NCBI GenBank assembly: GCA_963848485.1
Contig: CAWKDX010000006.1
Span: 41,612-105,611, forward strand
Length of the DNA stretch: 64,000 nucleotides
Direction of reading: 5' to 3'
Source: an uncultured Acidimicrobiia bacterium
GTDB lineage: Bacteria; Actinomycetota; Acidimicrobiia; IMCC26256; JAENVU01
The number at the start of each line of letters is the position of its first letter. Position 1 is the stretch's first letter. The notes beneath the pieces were generated by a model, which made no database searches, had not been told where the DNA came from, and saw only the letters and a program-made list of their open reading frames with translations. Of the stretch, positions 39,361 to 49,339 are shown piece by piece. The position numbers were made by a program, and so were the translations under genes.

Positions 39361-40547
39361 TCAGGCCTCAGCTGCTTCTGCAACGGCGTCGGGAATCGAG
39401 GCTTCACCCGCACCGCGCCGAGGCGCTGCGCCAGCTCCGCGGCGGCATCACCGATCGACGTCGTCGTCTCGCGTCCGACGTCCTCGAGCAGCTCGAACAC
39501 CACCTCGCCGTCGGCACGCTGCGCCCAACCGCCGACGATGCGTCCGTCCGCCCAGACCGTCGGGCCCGCGTTGCCGTTGCGGTCGAAGAGCTTGGCGGTG
39601 TGCGCGCCGAGGTACCAGGTCGCGCTGCCTTCCAACCCATCGTGGTGGAGTCGAGGGCGGGCAGCAGCGCGACCCACGGCTTCGGCGTGCGGGTCGTATC
39701 GAGGTCGTCTGGCAAGCACCCAGGCCGGACCGTCAGCGGTCTCCACTCGACGGCATCGACCGCGGCGAGCGCGGTCCGTGGTCTGGCCCAACGGCCAGCC
39801 CGGTCCACCACTTCACGTCCTCGGTCGTGGCGGGCCCGTACCTCGCCAACCAGCGGCGCACGAGCTCGGCGCGTGCCACGGGTGCGGAAATCGACGGGAT
39901 GCCGTCCGGGAACCACTCGTCCATCGGTGACCACCGGTGCTGGCTGCTCGTCCACTGACCCTTCGGGCGGCCGCGCACGGCGCGTTGCTCGAGCGACAGG
40001 AGGAACAGGACGCGGGTCGAGACCCCGACGGACTGCCGCCCACTTCGTGCCCTCGCCGGCAGACAGCTGGAGTCGCAGCCGAGGCACCATCTTCGCCAAG
40101 CTCGGTCGCCGTTGCTTCGCCGAGCTCGTCGAGCGCGGCGACCGTCTCGTTCTCGACCTGCTCGAGCCACCGGCGGCCGTCGCTGTGCGATGCCCGCCGC
40201 TTCGATCATGTCGACGACCCGCTTGCGTTGCGCGGGCACCGAGCGCGTCGGTGCACGCGGCCTGGACGACGGGAACGAGATCGAGCGGCACGACGAACAT
40301 CGTGCGGCGCATGCAGAGCGTCCGCACGAGCGCGTGGTCCTCGTACAGCGCGCGCTCGAGCGACCGGACGGCCGCGCGGCCGGAGTCTTCAGCCGTGCCG
40401 CGGTCGACAGGTACACGGTCGCCGGATCCGTGCCGTGCACACCGACGAGGTCGCCCGCGACCGTGCAGACGTCGGTGACGTGCCGCGGGCCGCGAGGTGA
40501 TGACGGACGGCCAATCGTGCCCGCCGCTCGTCGTCGCTGAAGTGCAT
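39361..40547 (-). CDS. AlkZ/YcaQ-like HTH_42 winged-helix DNA glycosylase family
   Basis: HGTDPATVYLS, MRRTMF, LARYGPAT..DVKWWTG, LLPALD...MGWK, GPTVWADGRIVGGW. Confidence 0.85.
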
Positions 40548-40660
40548 CACGCCAGGAAGTGCATCACGCCGATGCCGCGGCCGGACGATAGCAGTTTATC
40601 ATCTGAGAAGATCATCATATTGTCGAGTGTGAGGGTGATGACCGGATGCCGGGACGAGAG

Positions 40661-41006
40661 ATGCCCATCGCGGTGAGCCGTCCGATCTCGGAGATCAAGG
40701 CCGAGCTGTTCAAGGCGCTGGCGCATCCGGCGCGGATCCGGGTGCTCGAGCTCCTCGCCGACGGGGAGCGGTCCGTCGGCGAGATCCAGCCGCTGATCGG
40801 GATCGAGCTCGTCGCACCTCTCCCAGCAGCTCGGGGTGCTGCGCCGGGCCGGGTTCGTGACGACGCGCAAGGAGGGTCCGTCGGTGATCTATGCGATCCG
40901 CGATCCGCAGCTTTCGGAGCTGCTCGCGGTCGCCAAGCGCATCTTGATCACGTCGCTCTCCGAGACCGAGGACCTGCTCGCGGACCTGCGGTCGGAGGTC
41001 GAGTGA
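40661..41006 (+). CDS. ArsR/SmtB family transcriptional regulator
   Basis: KAELFKALAHPARIRVLELL, SHLSQQLGVLRR, V..RKEG. Confidence 0.92.
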
Positions 41007-42668
41007 TCACGCGACTCCTGCCCCGGAGCTCCGACTACGCGGGGTTGCGCCGTTCGTGGCGAGGCGACGTGGTGGCCGGCATCACGGTGGGCGTCGTCGC
41101 GCTTCCCCTGGCCCTGGCGTTCGGGATCACGAGCGGTCTCGGTGCAACCGCGGGGTTGATGACCGCGATCGTCGCCGGGATCGTCGCTGGGGTGTTCGGT
41201 GGCTCGAACGTCCAGGTCTCGGGTCCAACCGGCGCGATGGCGGTGGTGCTGGTACCGATCGTCGCTCGCTACGGCGCCGACACCGTCTTCCTCGTCGGCA
41301 TGATGGCCGGGGTGCTGATCGTCGGTGCGGCCGTGTTTCGGCTCGGTCGGTACCTCGCGTTCATCCCGTGGCCGGTGGTCGAGGGATTCACCATGGGGAT
41401 CGCGGTGATCATCTTCTTGCAGCAGGTTCCCGCTGCACTGGGAGTGACGAAGCCGGCCGGCGAGAACACCGCGGTGATCGCCGCGCGCGCGCTCGTCGAC
41501 AGCTTCAGCAACGGCAGCGTCCAGGCAATCGCCCTGGTCGTGCTCGTCGGCGCGATCATGCTGATCGCGCCCGAAGCTCCACCGGGCGCTCCCTGCATCC
41601 TTGCTCGCGGTCGTCGTCGCGAGCGTCGTGGCCGCACTGGCGGGATGGGACGTGGCCGAGATCGGGGCGCTTCCGAGCTCGCTACCGCTGCCGTCGCTCC
41701 CCGGGATCTCGACCGGCCAGGTCGGGGACTTGCTCGGTGCAGCCTTCGCGGTGGCCGCGCTCGCGGCGATCGAGAGCCTTGCTGTCGGCCAAGGTCGCCG
41801 ACGGGATGGCCGACACCGTCCGGCACGACCCCGACCGCGAGCTCTTCGGCCAGGGGCTCGCCAACCTCGTGGCGCCACTGTTCGGCGGCATGCCGGCCAC
41901 GGGTGCGATCGCCCGCACCGCCGTCAACGTGCGGGCCGGGGCGCGCACTCGGGTCTCGGCCGTCGTGCACAGCTTGTTTCTCGTGCTGGTGGTGCTGTTC
42001 GCGGGGCCGCTGGTCGCCCGCATCCCGCTGGCGGTGCTGGCCGGCGTGCTGATGGTGACCGCAGTGCGCATGGTCGAGGTGCACAACGTGCGGGCTGTCC
42101 TGCGCTCGACCCGCTCCGATGCCCTCGTGCTCGTGCTGACAGCAACGGCGACGGTCGCGTTCGATCTCATCCGAGCGATCGAGATCGGCGTCGCGGTCGC
42201 CGCGGTGCTCGCGCTGCGCGCGGTCTCGCGGTGCCGCTTCTGCCGCCGAGGAGCCGCTGACCGTCGTCGAGGTCGATGCGACGATCGAGGCGGAGCTCCT
42301 TCACGATCACATCGTCACCTATCGGCTCGACGGCGCTCTCTTCTTCGGAGTGGCGCAGCGATTCCTGACCGAGCTCACGGCGATCGGCGATGTCCGGGTG
42401 GTGATCCTGCGGCTCCCACAGCTCCAGGTGCTCGACGCGACAGGCGCCCAGGCGCTCGGGGAGATCGTGGCGGAGCTCGAGGGCCGCGGCATCACGGTGC
42501 TCCTCAAGGGCCCGACGACCGGAGCACCTGCGCGTGCTGAGCGTGGTCGGGGCGCTCGATCGGCTCGCACACGAGAACCACGTCTTCGACCACCTCGATG
42601 CGGCGATCGCGCATGCCCGCGTGCATCTCGCGCGGCCCCCGTCCGTGCATCCGGTGGCTCCGGCGTGA
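41003..42668 (+). CDS. SulP/SLC26 anion transporter with STAS domain (frameshifted)
   Basis: AGITVGVVALPLALAFG, QVSGPTGA, DRELFGQGLAN, GAIART, DGALFFG, LDATG. Confidence 0.93.
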
Positions 42669-42728
42669 GCTGACCGGCGGCTCGAATGTCGGTGGACGCT
42701 GCGGGCGTCGACTGGTAGCAACTTCGAC

Positions 42729-43337
42729 GTGCTCATCCGCGACCAGGACCGCGACGACGACCCGCAACGGTGGCGCGCCTTCCTTGCCGCGCAGGGCTTC
42801 GGTCACTTTGTCGCGGCGGGCTCGGGCCGGCCGGTGCCGGTGGTGGTGCCGACGCAGTTCGTGCTGAGCGATGCCGAGATCATCTTCCATCTCGCGACGA
42901 CGAACCCGGTGTTCGACGCGCTCGCGGAGAACCCACGTGCGGTGTTGAGCGTGGCCGGCGACTGGGCGTTCATCCCGGGCGCGTGGAAGGCGATCGGCGA
43001 TGAAGACCCCGCTGTGGGGATTCCGACGACGTACTACGCGGCGGTGCAGGTCGACGGGGAGTGCCGGATAGAGACGGAGGCCGACGGTGTCGCCGCCGTG
43101 CTCTCGACGCAGATCGCGGTCATCGACCCCGACGGTGAGTACGTCGCACCGACCGAGCACCGGGCGCGGCTGCAGCAGATCCACGGCATCCGCCTCAGGA
43201 TCGAGCACGTGCGCGCGAAGTACAAGTACGGCGGGAACGTGGACCAGACCCACCGGGACGCGGTGGCGCAGCGACTCGTTGCTCGCGACGGCCCGGGCGA
43301 CCGCGCCGCGCTCCAGCAGCTCCGCCGTACTCGATAG
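42729..43337 (+). CDS. PaiB-like FMN-binding split-barrel protein
   Basis: FGHFV, HLA..NP, PTTYYAAVQ, AKYKYG. Confidence 0.8.
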   Translation: MLIRDQDRDDDPQRWRAFLAAQGFGHFVAAGSGRPVPVVVPTQFVLSDAEIIFHLATTNPVFDALAENPRAVLSVAGDWAFIPGAWKAIGDEDPAVGIPTTYYAAVQVDGECRIETEADGVAAVLSTQIAVIDPDGEYVAPTEHRARLQQIHGIRLRIEHVRAKYKYGGNVDQTHRDAVAQRLVARDGPGDRAALQQLRRTR

Positions 43338-43505
43338 GAGCCGCACCCGCCCGGCCGTTGCGCCATTCTTCGGCACCGTCCGGTATCCGTCGATCCCCGG
43401 TGTGACCGCGCCCGCCGCCCATGCGGGGGTGTTGGACGAGCACCCGATTCCTTAGGCTGTCGTCGCGGTCGATCTTCGGCCACGACGCGACGGGAGGAAT
43501 CGAAG

Positions 43506-43799
43506 ATGGCGGACGTGTGCACGCACCTCGACACCGTTGCCGACGTCACCCCGTCGAGCACCGGTTGCGAGGATTGCCTGAAGATCGGCGGCCGGTGGGT
43601 CCACCTGCGCATGTGCATGGCCTGCGGCCACGTCGGGTGCTGCGACAACTCGCCCAACCGTCACGCGACCGCGCACTACCACGCGATCGAGCACCCGCTC
43701 ATCCGCTCCTACGAGCCGGGCGAGGACTGGTGGTGGTGCTATCCCGACGAGCTGTTCTTCGAGCTCGACGGCGCGCCGCCTGCGCCCTCACACCCCTGA
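43506..43799 (+). CDS. Stand-alone UBP-type zinc finger protein
   Basis: CTH, CEDC, WVHLRMCMACGHVGCCDNS...HA..H, EPGEDWWWCY. Confidence 0.95.
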   Translation: MADVCTHLDTVADVTPSSTGCEDCLKIGGRWVHLRMCMACGHVGCCDNSPNRHATAHYHAIEHPLIRSYEPGEDWWWCYPDELFFELDGAPPAPSHP

Positions 43800-43811
43800 C
43801 GAGGAGCCCCG

Positions 43812-44063
43812 CTACTGGCGGTAACGCTCGACGATCGACGGGTCGCGCTCGGAGGCGCCATCGGGGTCGAGGCCGGCGTTGCGCCGGGCCCGCCGCTGCC
43901 GCAGCAGGTCCCACAGCTGGTCGAGGTGCACCTCGAGCGCGCGCAGCCGCGCCTTCTCCTCGTCCGAGAGCGGTTCCGAGTCGCCGGCGTGGCGTTGCTC
44001 GAGCGCGTGCTCCTCGTCGACGAGCTGGTCGATGGTGCTGATGATGTCCTGGTCGTCGGTCAT
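43812..44063 (-). CDS. DUF2630 family protein
   Basis: LVDEEH, LDQLWDLLRQRRA, VERY. Confidence 0.88.
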   Translation of the reverse strand: MTDDQDIISTIDQLVDEEHALEQRHAGDSEPLSDEEKARLRALEVHLDQLWDLLRQRRARRNAGLDPDGASERDPSIVERYRQ

Positions 44064-44133
44064 CGTTCCCCTTCTGTGCGCGAGGTGGTCGAGTCGGTCA
44101 GCCGGGCCGGTGTGGCGAGCGTGGGACCGCTCG

Positions 44134-44841
44134 TCAGGCGGTCGCCCAGATGACGACTTCGGCGCCGTCCGGTCCGACGGTCAGCTGCCGCGTGCCCGCT
44201 TCGGTGAGGCGGGCCGCATCACCCGTCGCGAGCGCCTCGGTGCCGTCGAGGGACGCGTCGCCCGAAGCGACGAACACGTGCACGTGGCCCACGTCCGGGA
44301 TGGTCAAGGTGGAGCTCGGGTGGGCCCGCGCGATCCAGAGGTCCGCGTTCGCCTGGTGCAGGTGGAGCGCGGCGTCACCGTGGCCGCCCGCCACCTTCAC
44401 CAGCGCCCCGGTCGCGAGCTCCTGCTGCACGTCCTCTTCCTGATAGCCCGGAACCGCGTCCTCGACGTCCGGCAGCACCCACATCTGGAGGAAGTGCACG
44501 GCCTCGTGCTTGCTCGCGTTGAACTCGGAGTGGGTGATCCCGCTGCCCGCGCTCATGCGCTGCGCGAGGCCGGGGTAGATGACCGCGTCGCTGCCCTGCG
44601 AGTCCTGGTGGCGCAGCTCACCCTCGAGCACCCAGGTGACGATCTCCATGTCGCGGTGCGCGTGCCGGCCGAACCCGCTTCCTGCGGTCACCCGGTCGTC
44701 GTTGTGCACCAGCAGCAGACCATGGCTCACGTTCTTCGGCTCGTAGTGGTTGCCGAAGCTGAACGAGTGCCAGGAGTCGAGCCAGTCGATCTGGGTGTGG
44801 AACCGGTCGGCGGCCCTGCGGATGTCGATCGTCGTGCCCAT
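44134..44841 (-). CDS. Pirin family protein
   Basis: WLDSWHSFSF, HAHRDMEIVT, HQDS.G, QRMSAGSGITHSE, LQMW. Confidence 0.94.
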   Translation of the reverse strand: MGTTIDIRRAADRFHTQIDWLDSWHSFSFGNHYEPKNVSHGLLLVHNDDRVTAGSGFGRHAHRDMEIVTWVLEGELRHQDSQGSDAVIYPGLAQRMSAGSGITHSEFNASKHEAVHFLQMWVLPDVEDAVPGYQEEDVQQELATGALVKVAGGHGDAALHLHQANADLWIARAHPSSTLTIPDVGHVHVFVASGDASLDGTEALATGDAARLTEAGTRQLTVGPDGAEVVIWATA

Positions 44842-44953
44842 GGTTGTGCCCCGCTTGACGGTGAGGCCGACGACGGAACGCGCCGGACCGATGCTGCAAC
44901 CCCATGCTGCCACCGCATGTTCCAGCGCGGGCAGGCTCGGTAGCCTCGGGTTT

Positions 44954-45142
44954 GTGCCGGCACCCGAGCGCGACGAACCGACCGCGGTCACCGCGGAGCA
45001 AGCAGGGGCGGTCGTCCCGACGCTCGCGGCCCGGCTGCTCGGTCCGTTGCCGCGACCGGTCCGCATCGGATTGGTCGCCGTCCTCGTCCCCCTCCTCGTG
45101 CTGGCGCCACTCGCGTTCGTGATCTGGTCGCTCGGGCGCTGA
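44954..45142 (+). CDS. 62-aa small membrane protein
   Basis: TAGCCT -10 box 7 nt before the GTG; C-terminal TM IGLVAVLVPLLVLAPLAFVIW. Confidence 0.55.
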   Translation: MPAPERDEPTAVTAEQAGAVVPTLAARLLGPLPRPVRIGLVAVLVPLLVLAPLAFVIWSLGR

Positions 45143-45172
45143 GCGTGCGAACGGGCACGTAGGCTCGCCAAC

Positions 45173-45286
45173 ATGGCGAAACCGAAGAAGAAGGGCGACA
45201 GCAACACTCCTGCGGGGAGTCCGGAGGGTCCGGCCGGCAAGAAGCAGCGCAGCCGGGCCCGCAAGAACAGCGGCAAGCGCAAGTAG
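45173..45286 (+). CDS. 37-aa Lys/Arg-rich microprotein
   Basis: MAKPKKKGDSNTPAGSPEGPAGKKQRSRARKNSGKRK; TAGGCT 7 nt upstream; hairpin downstream. Confidence 0.65.
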   Translation: MAKPKKKGDSNTPAGSPEGPAGKKQRSRARKNSGKRK

Positions 45287-45293
45287 ACGCGTC

Positions 45294-45330
45294 GAGGCCC
45301 CAACTCCGGGCAGGGTGGAGTCGGGGCCTC
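45294..45330. terminator. GC-rich hairpin between convergent small genes
   Basis: GAGGCCCCAACTCC ... GGAGTCGGGGCCTC, 14-bp imperfect stem. Confidence 0.55.
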
Positions 45331-45426
45331 AAAGACGCGGCGTCGCCCCTCGCCCGAGGGCCCAGGACGACCGGCCGAGGACCACCGTACCGCCCCGACC
45401 TGAGAGCCGCCTGAAGACGCAGCGGC

Positions 45427-45606
45427 TCAGTCGTGCTCGGGTCGCGCCTGGGCCAGGTAGAGCGGCAGCGAGCACGGTCGACCGTTCGCGTCGGGCACCG
45501 GACAGAGTCGCGGGACGTACGGCTCGTCGTTGTTGGCGGCCTCGATGACGCCGTGTTGACGGCACCGCCACTCGAGCGGTCCCTGCTGCGGGCGTTTGAT
45601 CGTCAC
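45427..45606 (-). CDS. 59-aa putative zinc-binding microprotein (copy B)
   Basis: MTIKRPQQGPLEWRCRQHGVIEAANNDEPYVPRLCPVPDANGRPCSLPLYLAQARPEHD; shares a motif with 45714-45890. Confidence 0.7.
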   Translation of the reverse strand: MTIKRPQQGPLEWRCRQHGVIEAANNDEPYVPRLCPVPDANGRPCSLPLYLAQARPEHD

Positions 45607-45713
45607 GACCCGACGCTACCGCCCGGCCCGGCGCCCGGTAGCCCCGCCGCTTCGTCGCCTGACGCCCGGCCAACCGGTGAGCTTCCGGGATGCCTGAAGA
45701 CTCCGCGAACGGG

Positions 45714-45890
45714 CTACACGCGGCGGAGGATCTGGTCGCTCATCGCCTCGGAGACGAAGAGCGGCTGCTCGCAACGGACTTCCGCTCGGGTGACCGGGCA
45801 CCGTTCGGATTGATCCGCGGCTCGCACATTGGCGGGAAGATCCTGGATCCGGCCGTGCAACGGGCACCGCAACTCGTAGTGAGGGACCAT
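45714..45890 (-). CDS. 58-aa putative zinc-binding microprotein (copy A)
   Basis: AGGAGG RBS, then MVPHYELRCPLHGRIQDLPANVRAADQSERCPVTRAEVRCEQPLFVSEAMSDQILRRV. Confidence 0.72.
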   Translation of the reverse strand: MVPHYELRCPLHGRIQDLPANVRAADQSERCPVTRAEVRCEQPLFVSEAMSDQILRRV

Positions 45891-46093
45891 CAGATGCCTC
45901 CTGCTGACATATCTGAGGGTCTCGAAGCGGGGTCTGGACGCCGTGACCTGGAATCAACGAACACCCTAACGCGAAAGCGACCTATTCGCGAATATCGCGC
46001 GCCCGCCGACAAGTTCCAGAGCGTCCTCGCATCTGCTTGCTTTTCTCCAAATTTTTCTCGTATGTGCGGTCAAGAAGCCGATACATTCGGGGC

Positions 46094-46492
46094 ATGCCGT
46101 CGTTTCGTCCGAACCAAGCTGCAGAGCTGCTCGGCGTCAGCGTCGACACCGTGCGCCGGTGGGCGGACGAGGGCCGGCTCGAGACCACGAAGACGGAGGG
46201 TGGGCACCGGCTCATCGACGGCAAGGACCTCGCGCGGTTCCTGACCGAGCACGCGAAGCCCTCCGAGTCCGACGTGGTGGTCCAGTCGGCCCGGAACCGG
46301 TTCGTCGGGGTCGTGACGCGCATCGAGCGGGACAAGCTCACGGCCGTCGTCGAGGTGCAGGCCGGGCCGCACCGCGTCGTCTCCCTCATCACGCGCGAGG
46401 GCGCCGACGATCTCGAGATCCAGGTGGGCGACCTCGCGGTCGCCGTGGTGAAGGCGACCAACGTGATCATCGAGGTTCCGCCGGTCAGCTGA
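46094..46492 (+). CDS. Molybdate-responsive regulator (MerR/excisionase HTH plus TOBE domain)
   Basis: AAELLGVSVDTVRRWAD..GGHR; SARNRF, VKATNV. Confidence 0.9.
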   Translation: MPSFRPNQAAELLGVSVDTVRRWADEGRLETTKTEGGHRLIDGKDLARFLTEHAKPSESDVVVQSARNRFVGVVTRIERDKLTAVVEVQAGPHRVVSLITREGADDLEIQVGDLAVAVVKATNVIIEVPPVS

Positions 46493-46516
46493 CCGCGGCG
46501 GGAAGGAAGGCAACCC

Positions 46517-47332
46517 GTGCGCACGTCCACAAGGCTCCGGCTGCTCGGCGTCGTGATCGTGGGGCTCGTCGCGGCCGGATGCAGCAGCGGCTCGAAGCCC
46601 GGCGCTGACAAGACGACGTCGACCAATGCGCTTGCCTCGAAGGTCTCCGGAACCATCACGGTCTCCGCGGCCGCGTCGTTGACCGAGGCGTTCACGAAGC
46701 TGGGCACCGACTTCGAGTCGGCCAACCCGAAGGCGGGAGCGACGTTCAACTTCGGTTCCTCGGGCACGCTCGAGATCCAGATCCAACAGAGCTCCGGCGC
46801 CGGCGTCGACACCTTCGCGTCCGCGGACGAAGACACCATGAACAAGCTCGTCACGGCCGGTCTGATCGAGGGGACACGGACGGTCTTCGCCACGAACAAG
46901 CTCGAGATCGTGACCAAGCCGGGGAACCCGAAGCACATCAGGACCCTGGCCGACCTCACCAAGGCCGACGTCGTCTCGCTGTGCGGGTTGACGGTTCCGT
47001 GCGGAAGGTACGCGGCCCAGATCCTGCGGACTGCAGGCGTGACCATTCCGGAGAACCGGGTCACGCGGGGCGCGGACGTCAAGGGGACGCTCGCGGCCGT
47101 GGCCACGGGCGACGCCGACGCGGCGATCGTGTACGTGACCGACGCCAAGAGCGCAGGCGGCTCGGTCCAGCAGGTCACGATCCCGGACGCGCAGAACGCG
47201 ATTGCCTCCTACCCGATCGCGACCGTCAAGGGGAGCGCGAACCCGGCGACCTCGCAGGCGTGGATCGACTACGTGATGTCGTCGAGGGCGCAGGCGACGC
47301 TTGAGTCGTTCGGCTTCCTCCCACCGTCGTGA
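46517..47332 (+). CDS. modA: Molybdate ABC transporter substrate-binding lipoprotein
   Basis: Lipobox AAGC; AAASL, FGSSGTL, FASA, VPCG, DAAIVY.TD. Confidence 0.95.
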   Translation: MRTSTRLRLLGVVIVGLVAAGCSSGSKPGADKTTSTNALASKVSGTITVSAAASLTEAFTKLGTDFESANPKAGATFNFGSSGTLEIQIQQSSGAGVDTFASADEDTMNKLVTAGLIEGTRTVFATNKLEIVTKPGNPKHIRTLADLTKADVVSLCGLTVPCGRYAAQILRTAGVTIPENRVTRGADVKGTLAAVATGDADAAIVYVTDAKSAGGSVQQVTIPDAQNAIASYPIATVKGSANPATSQAWIDYVMSSRAQATLESFGFLPPS

Positions 47333-48120
47333 GCCGGCGGGGGCGGCGGGTGCCATGGATTGCGGTGCTGGTCGCCCTCGTCGGGTTCGCGTTCATCGTG
47401 CTCCCGCTCATCGGGCTGATCCAACAGGTTCCGTGGGGTCACCTCCGGAGCGACCTCACTGATCCCGAAGCCACTTCCGCGCTGAAGCTCTCCGTGATCT
47501 GCTCGCTCTGGGCGACCGCGCTCTCGGTCATCTTCGGCGTTCCGCTCGCGTACGTGCTCGCCCGGGTCGAGTTCCCGGGGCGCGCGCTCGTCCGGGCGCT
47601 GGTGCTCATCCCGTTGGTCGTGCCGCCGGTCGTCGGTGGTGTCGGGCTGTTCTCCGCGTTCGGTCGCGATGGACTCGTCGGCCAGTACCTGTACGACTGG
47701 TTCAACGTGCAGCTGACGTTCTCGACCGCGGGCGTCGTCATGGCCGAGACGTTCGTGGCAATGCCGTTCCTGGTCATCACCGTCGAGGCGGCGCTCCGTA
47801 CGATGGACCAGCGCTACGAAGACGCTGCGGCGACCCTCGGCGCCCGGCGTCTGACGGTGGCCCGCCGCGTCACGCTCCCGCTCATCCTCCCCGGACTGCT
47901 GGCCGGCGCCGCACTCGCGTGGGCGCGAGCGCTCGGCGAGTTCGGCGCGACCATCACGTTCGCCGGCAACATCCAGGGCCGCACTCGCACGACGCCCCTC
48001 GCGGTCTACCTCCTGCTCGAATCCAAGCCGGAGGTGGCCGTCGCCTTGAGCGTCGTCCTGCTCGCCGTCTGTGTGGCGGTGCTCGCGTTGCTGCGCGACC
48101 GCTGGCTCGGGGTCGGATGA
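47329..48120 (+). CDS. modB: Molybdate ABC transporter permease
   Basis: PLVVPPVVGG, AAATLGA, ARALGEFGAT. Confidence 0.95.
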   Translation: MSRRGRRVPWIAVLVALVGFAFIVLPLIGLIQQVPWGHLRSDLTDPEATSALKLSVICSLWATALSVIFGVPLAYVLARVEFPGRALVRALVLIPLVVPPVVGGVGLFSAFGRDGLVGQYLYDWFNVQLTFSTAGVVMAETFVAMPFLVITVEAALRTMDQRYEDAAATLGARRLTVARRVTLPLILPGLLAGAALAWARALGEFGATITFAGNIQGRTRTTPLAVYLLLESKPEVAVALSVVLLAVCVAVLALLRDRWLGVG

Positions 48121-49165
48121 GCCTCGACGCGCGTGTCTCCATCAAGCTCGGCACACTCGCGCTCGACGCGGCGTTGCGAGCAACCGAGGGCGAGACCGTC
48201 GCGATCCTCGGCCCGAACGGCGCGGGCAAGACAACGTTGCTCCGTGCCCTCGCCGGTCTGATCCCGGTCGGCGGGGGCCGGATCGAGCTCGACGACGTGG
48301 TGCTCGACGACGGAGCGACGATCTTCGTGCCGCCCGAGCGCCGGCCCGTCGGCGTCGTGTTCCAGGACTACCTGCTCTTCCCACACCTCTCGGTGGTCGA
48401 GAACGTCGCGTTCGGGCTGCGGAGCCGCGGCGTGAACCGGCGCGCCGCGCGTCACGCTGCGGTGGCATCTCTGGAGCGGCTCGGGCTCGCCGGTCTCGGC
48501 CCGAGCAAGCCTCGCGAGCTCTCGGGCGGTCAGGCGCAGCGGGTCGCACTGGCGCGCGCGCTCGCCCCGGAGCCGCGGCTGGTTCTGCTGGATGAGCCGT
48601 TGGCCGCGCTCGACCAGGGTGCGCGAGGGGTCGTGCGCCGGGAGCTCCGGGCGCAGCTCGCGTCGTTCCCCGGCGTCCGACTGCTGGTCACCCATGACCC
48701 GCTCGACGCGGCCGCGCTGGCCGATCGACTGGTGATCCTGGAGGCGGGTCAGGTCGTGCAGACCGGAACCTTCAACGACGTCTCGGCTCGGCCGCGATCC
48801 AGCTACGTCGCCGAGCTCGTCGGCGTGAACCTGCTGCGCGGCACCGGTGCCGGCGACCACGTCGACCTGCCGACGGGCGGCACCGTCGTCGTACCCGGCG
48901 CGGGGACCGGATCGGTGCTCGCGGTCATCCACCCGCGCGCGGTGTCGCTGCATCGCGAGCGCCCCGCCGGAAGCCCGCGCAACGTCTCACGTGGCACCGT
49001 CGAGAACGTGGAGCTCCTCGGGGATCGCGCCGCGTGCGGATCGGCGGACCGGTGCCGCTGATCGCCGAGATCACGCCCGACGCATTGCGCGAGCTCGGCA
49101 TCGGTGAAGGAATGGAGATCTGGACCGCGGTCAAGGCCACCGAGATCACGGTCTACGCGACGTGA
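48117..49165 (+). CDS. modC: Molybdate ABC transporter ATPase with TOBE domain
   Basis: GPNGAGKTT, LSGGQAQR, LLDEP, C-terminal VKATE. Confidence 0.92.
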
Positions 49166-49339
49166 CCGGCGGAGTCGTGATCGGCGCCGCACGTCGCCGC
49201 GCCGGCGGCCAACGCGAGAAGCTCGCGGCCGGTGATCGGAATTTCTGGCGCGGCTACCCTCACCGTGACGACTGGCCGGAAGAGCCACCGAGACCTGATT
49301 CGCGGCGTGCTCTGAGGGAACGAACACGAGGTGCTGGCG

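Noticed and set aside
45900-46090. Moco riboswitch upstream of modABC
   Set aside because: Only a short CGC-GAAA-GCG hairpin is visible, and the operon appears leaderless with a protein regulator. An Rfam/Infernal scan would settle it.
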